NCBI GenBank assembly: GCA_050875145.1
Contig: JBNMLH010000006.1
Span: forward strand, 41,592 to 105,591
From: Lachnospiraceae bacterium
Lineage (GTDB): Bacteria; Bacillota; Clostridia; Lachnospirales; Lachnospiraceae
DNA length: 64,000 bases
Direction of reading: 5' to 3'
In this document: piece after piece, positions 58,355-64,000 of the stretch
Position numbering within the stretch: position 1 is the first letter of the stretch
Layout of the letters: each line of letters starts with the position of its first letter
The notes under the pieces: generated by a model
The model's input: the letters and a program-made list of their open reading frames with translations, nothing else
What the model was told of the DNA's origin: nothing
Database searches by the model: none
Made by a program: the position numbers and the translations under genes

Positions 58355-58858
58355 ATGGAAATTTGGGATATTTATGATGAAAATAAAAAGAGAACAGGGC
58401 GAACAATGAAAAGAAATGACTGGAATATGAAAGAAGGAGATTTTCATCTTACTGTTTTGGGGATTATCCAAAGAAAAGACGGAAAATTTTTGATTACCAA
58501 GAGAGTGAAAACAAAAGCCTGGGCACCAGGTTGGTGGGAAGTGTCAGGTGGAGCAGCGATGGCAGGAGAAGAATCGCAAGATGCTATTATAAGAGAAATC
58601 AGAGAAGAAACTGGTTTGGATGTAAGCCGGGCAGAGGGCGGACTTGCCTATACTTATAAAAGAATAAATCCGGAAGAAAAAGATAACTATTTTGTAGATG
58701 TGTATCGCTTTGTTTTAGATTTTGCAGAGTCCGATATAGTATTGCAGGAGGGGGAAACAGATGGGTATCAGCTTGCTACTTTAGATGAAATACAGCAGAT
58801 AGCGAAAGATGGAAAATTTTTACATTATGATAGTATTAAAGAAGTATTTCTTGGATAA
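58355..58858 (+). CDS. NUDIX hydrolase
   Basis: 167 aa. The Nudix box is GGAAMAGEESQDAIIREIREETGL. Confidence 0.85.
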   Translation: MEIWDIYDENKKRTGRTMKRNDWNMKEGDFHLTVLGIIQRKDGKFLITKRVKTKAWAPGWWEVSGGAAMAGEESQDAIIREIREETGLDVSRAEGGLAYTYKRINPEEKDNYFVDVYRFVLDFAESDIVLQEGETDGYQLATLDEIQQIAKDGKFLHYDSIKEVFLG

Positions 58859-58875
58859 AAGGAAGAGGGAACAAG

Positions 58876-60078
58876 ATGAAAAACAGGAATGGTAAAATCA
58901 GATGTGTTGCTGGTGGTATGGCGTTGATATTAGGATTGCAGATTTTATCTGGTAGTACAACAAAGGTACAGCCGAAAGAGAGCGTTCAGGCTGCTTCTTT
59001 GTCAAGTGAGGAGAGAATAGATGTTGCTACAGGTCCGTCAGTAACCACAGGCGTGGCTGTAGTTACTGACGACAGTATTTTTGCAACTCCATTTCCTGAT
59101 AAAGAGGAGGATGTCACTTTTAAAGCGGCGTCTTATACAATTCCATACGGATGGACAAGAAAAATTAGCTGTACAATTCCTAGTACAATGAGAAAATATA
59201 CATTTGTTTACACATCTTCTAACACAAAGGTGGCAAAAGTAGATAAAAATGGAATTGTAACGGGAGTTTCCAATGGAAAAGCGAAGATAACTGTGACAGC
59301 AAAAGAAGATTCGAATATTAAGGCAAGTTATATTGCAGTTGTAAAAAGGGAAAAAGAAGGTTGGCATACTACATCTTCAGGAAAAAAATATTATGTTACA
59401 GAGGAAAAAGAAAGGGCGATTGGTTATTTTAAGGCAAATGGAAATTATTATTTTGCAGCAGCCAATTCCTATATTATTACCGACAAGTGGAAGTATGTTG
59501 AGATAGATAAGAGAAAATACAAATTATATTTTGGAAATGATGGAAAGCAAAAACAGAATGTTTCTGCACTAATTGGCGAACAGGAACAATACAAAATTGA
59601 AGTAAATATTTCAAAAAACACAGTAATTGTTTATGCAAAAGATGGGAAAAAAGGTTATACAATCCCGGTTAAAGCGATGGTTTGCTCTTGTGGAATAAAG
59701 GGACATGCGACAATTACAGGTTCTTATTCAAAGCTTCGTAAAGCTGGAAAATGGCATCCGTTGTATTATGGAACTTATGGAAAATATTGTACAAGAATTT
59801 CAGGACCATATCTATTTCATTCTGTTGTTTATAAAAAATATGGTGATAGCTACTCGTTAAATGCAGATGAATTTTTAAAGTTGGGTGAGCCTGCGTCTCA
59901 TGGTTGTATACGTTTGCAGGTAAAAGATGCAAAATGGATATATAATCGTTCCAATAAATGTAGTGTAACTTTGTATAAAGGAAAAGAACAGTTGCCTTTA
60001 AAGAAACCAAAAGCAGCAAAGCCGATTACTTTAAAGGGAAATAAGGCGTATGATCCGACTGACGCAGATGTGAAATAA
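58876..60078 (+). CDS. L,D-transpeptidase (YkuD) with Big_2 and putative cell-wall-binding repeats
   Basis: It has a signal peptide, an Ig-like domain (SSNTKVAKVDKNGIVTGVSNGKAKITV) and Gly-Trp/Tyr repeats. The catalytic motif is SHGCIRL. Confidence 0.85.
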   Translation: MKNRNGKIRCVAGGMALILGLQILSGSTTKVQPKESVQAASLSSEERIDVATGPSVTTGVAVVTDDSIFATPFPDKEEDVTFKAASYTIPYGWTRKISCTIPSTMRKYTFVYTSSNTKVAKVDKNGIVTGVSNGKAKITVTAKEDSNIKASYIAVVKREKEGWHTTSSGKKYYVTEEKERAIGYFKANGNYYFAAANSYIITDKWKYVEIDKRKYKLYFGNDGKQKQNVSALIGEQEQYKIEVNISKNTVIVYAKDGKKGYTIPVKAMVCSCGIKGHATITGSYSKLRKAGKWHPLYYGTYGKYCTRISGPYLFHSVVYKKYGDSYSLNADEFLKLGEPASHGCIRLQVKDAKWIYNRSNKCSVTLYKGKEQLPLKKPKAAKPITLKGNKAYDPTDADVK

Positions 60079-60088
60079 GGGGAAATAT

Positions 60089-62719
60089 ATGAGACATACA
60101 ATAATTGGAATTTTGGCACATGTAGATGCTGGAAAAACCACATTATCAGAAGGAATGCTTTATCAAAGTGGTGTTCTGAAAAAATTAGGTAGAGTGGATC
60201 ATAAAGATGCATTTTTGGACACTTTTTCCTTGGAAAAAGAGCGAGGAATTACTATTTTTTCAAAACAGGCGAGATTTCAGTGGAGGGATTTGGATATTAC
60301 ATTATTAGACACTCCGGGACATGTGGACTTTTCTACTGAGATGGAGCGTACATTACAAGTGTTAGATTATGCTGTTTTGGTTATAAATGGCTCAGATGGA
60401 GTACAAGGGCATACGGAAACACTTTGGAGATTATTAAAACTGTATAAGATTCCTACTATTTTATTTGTGAATAAAATGGATTTGCAAATAAAGCCGAAGG
60501 ATGAAATCCTAGCAGAGTTACAGAAAAAACTCTCAGATAATTGCATTGATTTTTCCTTAGATGCCAAAGAAAATGAGGGACAATTCTATGAAAGTGTTGC
60601 GATGTGCGAGGAGAAAGCATTGGATTTGTTCATGGAAAATGGAAAAGTTGAGCAGAAGGTAATTGCAGAATTAATACAAAAAAGAAAGGTGTTTCCTTGT
60701 TATTTTGGTGCTGCATTAAAAATGGAAGGAATGGAAGAACTGTTGGATGGAATAGCAGCTTATGTCATACAAAAACAGTATCCACAGGAATTTGCTGCCA
60801 AAGTATACAAGATTGCCAGAGACGAGCAAAAGAATCGGTTGACCTATATGAAAATTACGGGAGGAACTTTGCAGACCAAGGGGATTATTTCGGGAAACAC
60901 TACAAAGATGCAAGGGGAGCAGTCTGGTAAATGGCAGGAAAAAGTAAATCAGATTCGGGTGTATTCTGGTGAACGTTATACAGCAGTACAGGAAGTACAG
61001 GCAGGAATGGTTTGTGCTGTGACAGGACTGACAAAGACGTATCCGGGACAAAATTTAGGGACAGAATCCTCCGACGAACTATCGGTATTGGAACCGGTAC
61101 TGACGTATCAAATCATATTTGAACCAGATACGGATCCTGCAGGAGCTTTTCGTGAAATAAAGGTATTAGTCGAAGAAGATCCTCAGTTGCATATTTTATG
61201 GAATGAAGCATTGCAGGAAGTTCACATTCAGCTTATGGGGGAAGTGCAGATAGAGGTTTTGAAGCAATTAATCTATGAGCGTTTTGGATATAAAGTTTCT
61301 TTTGGACAAGGAACGATTGTTTACAAGGAGACTATTAAAGATGAAGTGGAAGGGGTTGGGCATTTTGAACCTCTTAGGCATTATGCTGAGGTTCATTTGC
61401 GATTAGAGCCGCTTGAAGCAGGAAGCGGTTTACAGTTTGCTTTGGATTGTAGTGAGGATGTATTAGAGAAAAACTGGCAAAGATTAATCTATACGCATTT
61501 AGAAGAAAAAGAGCATGTTGGAGTTTTAACGGGTTCTCCGATTACAGATATGCGGTTGACTGTTGTCGCGGGAAGAGCACATAATAAACATACAGAAGGC
61601 GGAGACTTCAGGCAGGCGACTTATCGTGCCGTACGTCAAGGTTTAAAAATGGCAGAGAGTATTTTGCTGGAACCTTATTACCAATTTACCTTGCAAGTGC
61701 CATCTGAACAGGTGGGAAGGGCAATGAATGATATACAGCGTATGTGTGGAGAATTTGGATTGCCTGAAACAGTAGGAGAATTTTCTGTTTTGAAAGGAAA
61801 AGCACCAGTGGCAACAATGGCTGGTTATGTAAAGGAAGTGCATGCTTATACCCATGGACAAGGACAGCTTTCTTGTCAGGTATGTGGTTATTTTCCGTGT
61901 CACAATCAGGATGAGGTGATAGAAAAAATTGGGTATGATAGTGAAACAGATGTGGAAAATCCTACCTGTTCTGTTTTTTGTGCGCATGGTGCAGGTTTCC
62001 TAGTTCCCTGGGATCAGGTGCAGGAGTATATGCATGTGGAAAGTTTTTATAAAAAAGTTGGTGAAGAAACGATATCGCAACCGACTCTTAGAACACAAAG
62101 TATTTCCTCTGAGGGGGATGAGGCAGAACTGGAACGTATCATGCTTCGAGAATTTGGAGAACAACGAAAACGCTTTGATGATTATGGGAATGTATATTAT
62201 AACGAGGAAGAGAAAAAGACAAAGAAGATTTCTTCGGGAGAAAAAAAGGAGGGAGATCCTAAATATCAAAAAAGAGAAAAAAAGAGTAAAGTACAGAAAG
62301 AATATTTGCTAGTTGACGGATACAATATTATTTTTTCGTGGGATGAATTGAATGAATTATCTAAAATAAGCCTTGATGCAGCTCGTGTTAAACTAATGGA
62401 TTTGCTTTGCAATTATCAAGGGTATACAAAGCAGAATGTGATTGTTGTATTTGATGCGTATAAAGTAAAAGGAAATCCGGGAAGTATTGAAAAGTATCAC
62501 AATATACATGTGGTTTTTACAAAAGAAGCAGAGACTGCGGATATGTACATTGAAAAGGTAACGCATGAAATTGGAAGACAGCATAAAGTGATAGTTGCAA
62601 CTTCGGATGGAATGGAGCAGGTTATTATTATGCAGCAGGGAGCACTGCGTATGTCTGCAACGGATTTGAAAAAACATATGGAATGGATTGCAGAACAAAT
62701 GAGACAATATTTAACATAA
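60089..62719 (+). CDS. Fusion protein of a Tet(M)/EF-G-family translational GTPase (about aa 1-640) and a Rae1/YacP-type NYN endoribonuclease (about aa 700-876)
   Basis: A single 876-codon ORF after AAGGGGAA. GTPase motifs are AHVDAGKTT, DTPGH and NKMD, with RPP/EF-G domains III-V (LLEPYYQF...). A Lys/Glu-rich linker follows. The NYN motifs are LLVDGYNIIF, VVFDAYK, FTKEAETADMYIEK, VATSDGMEQ and GALRMSA. Confidence 0.85.
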   Translation: MRHTIIGILAHVDAGKTTLSEGMLYQSGVLKKLGRVDHKDAFLDTFSLEKERGITIFSKQARFQWRDLDITLLDTPGHVDFSTEMERTLQVLDYAVLVINGSDGVQGHTETLWRLLKLYKIPTILFVNKMDLQIKPKDEILAELQKKLSDNCIDFSLDAKENEGQFYESVAMCEEKALDLFMENGKVEQKVIAELIQKRKVFPCYFGAALKMEGMEELLDGIAAYVIQKQYPQEFAAKVYKIARDEQKNRLTYMKITGGTLQTKGIISGNTTKMQGEQSGKWQEKVNQIRVYSGERYTAVQEVQAGMVCAVTGLTKTYPGQNLGTESSDELSVLEPVLTYQIIFEPDTDPAGAFREIKVLVEEDPQLHILWNEALQEVHIQLMGEVQIEVLKQLIYERFGYKVSFGQGTIVYKETIKDEVEGVGHFEPLRHYAEVHLRLEPLEAGSGLQFALDCSEDVLEKNWQRLIYTHLEEKEHVGVLTGSPITDMRLTVVAGRAHNKHTEGGDFRQATYRAVRQGLKMAESILLEPYYQFTLQVPSEQVGRAMNDIQRMCGEFGLPETVGEFSVLKGKAPVATMAGYVKEVHAYTHGQGQLSCQVCGYFPCHNQDEVIEKIGYDSETDVENPTCSVFCAHGAGFLVPWDQVQEYMHVESFYKKVGEETISQPTLRTQSISSEGDEAELERIMLREFGEQRKRFDDYGNVYYNEEEKKTKKISSGEKKEGDPKYQKREKKSKVQKEYLLVDGYNIIFSWDELNELSKISLDAARVKLMDLLCNYQGYTKQNVIVVFDAYKVKGNPGSIEKYHNIHVVFTKEAETADMYIEKVTHEIGRQHKVIVATSDGMEQVIIMQQGALRMSATDLKKHMEWIAEQMRQYLT

Positions 62720-62843
62720 AATTAATACATTTCTTTGAGAAATGTAAATAAATAGTGTGTTTCTTGAAATAGAAATTATGTAAAATAAAGATATATACTA
62801 TGGAAAGAAAAGAAGCAGATTGATAGAAAGTGAGGAACACACT

Positions 62844-64000
62844 ATGGGACGAAAGAAAAGAGAAATAGTAAAGACATGTTTGTGTTATTTTTTAATATGT
62901 CTGATTTCCTTTTTGTGCATAGCAGATATGCCAAGTTATAAGGCGAAAGCTAGTGAGGCAGTAAAGTCTGTTCATACATCCTTTTATGAAAAAGAAAACA
63001 TTGCTATATCTATAAAAAAAGAGATGTTGTATTTTACTAAGCTTCCAGAACGAAATTCTTTTTCGAAGATTAAGGTATCGCTTTATTCCGAGGATGGAAA
63101 GAAAACCAATGAAAAAACGTTGTCTGGTTCAATGCCATACTGTTACAATTTGTCAGGGGTTCAAGATGGAACGTATTATCTTCAATTATATTATATGACA
63201 AAGCAAGATGATCAAGGAAGAACCTATTATTTAAGTTACTGGTATCAAAAGAGTGGAATTGTACTGGTTAAAGATTCTTCTGGTTGGAGTATTTTAAATG
63301 CGACTCCATATGAAAAAAATAAAGCGATATTTTCTATAAGAAGCAATAGTAGTGAGGTGTTAGATTACTTTTTGCAACCGGACTATATGGTGGATTCAAA
63401 AAACAGTCAGATTGTTTCTACTGCTAAGTCAATTACAAAGGGAATAACTAATGACTATGATAAGGTGGTTGCGGTACATGATTGGGTAGCAAAAAATATA
63501 TGTTATGATTATGATGGATTGTATGGAAGAACGGATGAAGTGGAATATATTGCATCGGATGTATTAAAAAGTAAAAAGTCAGTCTGTCAGGGATTTGCAG
63601 ATTTATCTGCTGCTTTATTACGTGCGGCAAACATTCCTACAAGAGTGGTAGAAGGATATGCGTTGGGTATTGGAAGTACAAGTGAATGGACCAATGATAT
63701 TTTTGAAGAGGAAACTGTAAATCATGCATGGAATGAAGCGTATGTGGACGGAAGATGGATTATTTTTGATGCAACATGGGATTCTGGAAATGCATATGAA
63801 AATGGAAGATATAAATTCAGTGATTCTGCAGTAAGTTATCAATATTTTGATCCAACGATAGAGGTATTTTCGAGTACTCATTATATTGTAGATGAAGAGG
63901 GAATGGAATTTTTAAAACAATTATCAGATGGTGATTTGGATGAAAATATTTCTTTGTATGAAGGAAGCGAAAAGAAAATTTTTGATGGAGTCTCTGATGA
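62844..64000 (+). CDS. Secreted transglutaminase-like cysteine protease-fold protein (3' partial, runs off the window)
   Basis: It is absent from the ORF track because no stop is reached. I translated it by hand from ATG 62844 (RBS AGTGAGGAA) and found no in-frame stop to position 64000. It has a signal/TM segment (CLCYFLICLISFLCIA). The Cys-His-Asp core is SVCQGFADL ... NHAWNEAYV ... IFDATWDS. Confidence 0.75.
   Translation, partial: MGRKKREIVKTCLCYFLICLISFLCIADMPSYKAKASEAVKSVHTSFYEKENIAISIKKEMLYFTKLPERNSFSKIKVSLYSEDGKKTNEKTLSGSMPYCYNLSGVQDGTYYLQLYYMTKQDDQGRTYYLSYWYQKSGIVLVKDSSGWSILNATPYEKNKAIFSIRSNSSEVLDYFLQPDYMVDSKNSQIVSTAKSITKGITNDYDKVVAVHDWVAKNICYDYDGLYGRTDEVEYIASDVLKSKKSVCQGFADLSAALLRAANIPTRVVEGYALGIGSTSEWTNDIFEEETVNHAWNEAYVDGRWIIFDATWDSGNAYENGRYKFSDSAVSYQYFDPTIEVFSSTHYIVDEEGMEFLKQLSDGDLDENISLYEGSEKKIFDGVSD

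Noticed and set aside
60089-62010. Calling the N-terminal 640 aa a tet(M)/tet(O)-type tetracycline resistance determinant.
   Set aside because: The family resemblance is real. However, the domain-IV loop that contacts the tetracycline site in Tet(M)/Tet(O) is replaced (HNKHTEGG instead of the YSPVS-type loop, from memory). The protein is fused to an RNase domain, and there is no mobile-element context. A resistance call would be over-annotation.

Overview
This window is a low-GC Firmicutes/Clostridia-type chromosomal core segment. The protein sequences and gene order look like a Lachnospiraceae-like anaerobe, but that is inference. I call 54 protein-coding genes, 51 of them on the + strand, which is the leading-strand bias typical of Firmicutes. 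I found no rRNA, tRNA, CRISPR array, transposase, integrase or prophage signature.

Content in order:
- nfnAB-like ferredoxin:NADP oxidoreductase, pepF, tmcAL, DegV
- pta-ackA, yceD-rpmF, cls, ruvAB, zapA
- U32 peptidase, a SEDS/bPBP pair, NUDIX, M18 aminopeptidase
- yicC-remA-gmk-rpoZ, two tandem signal peptidases
- secreted transglutaminase-like, VanZ and cysteine-peptidase-like proteins, greA
- a five-gene biotin-dependent Na+-decarboxylase/transcarboxylase-like operon
- GH13 amylase, a Csp-like subtilase, a large hybrid sensor kinase
- split IMP cyclohydrolase and AICAR formyltransferase, nadE, eno
- nitroreductase, several unknowns, a J-domain protein, MarR, ilvBN
- HD and NUDIX hydrolases, an L,D-transpeptidase
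- an 876-aa single ORF, then a partial transglutaminase-like gene running off the window end

The most unusual item is that 876-aa ORF. It fuses a Tet(M)/EF-G-family translational GTPase to a Rae1/YacP-type NYN endoribonuclease.

Other items worth a second look:
- the mixed 12S+5S carboxyltransferase Na+-pump operon, including an N-terminally extended OadG-like subunit
- two long, hairpin-dense intergenic regions flanking eno (candidate ncRNA, MITE-like element, or small-ORF locus)
- a short motif recurring just after three terminators

All calls come from reading the sequence and recalling family motifs. No database search was run.
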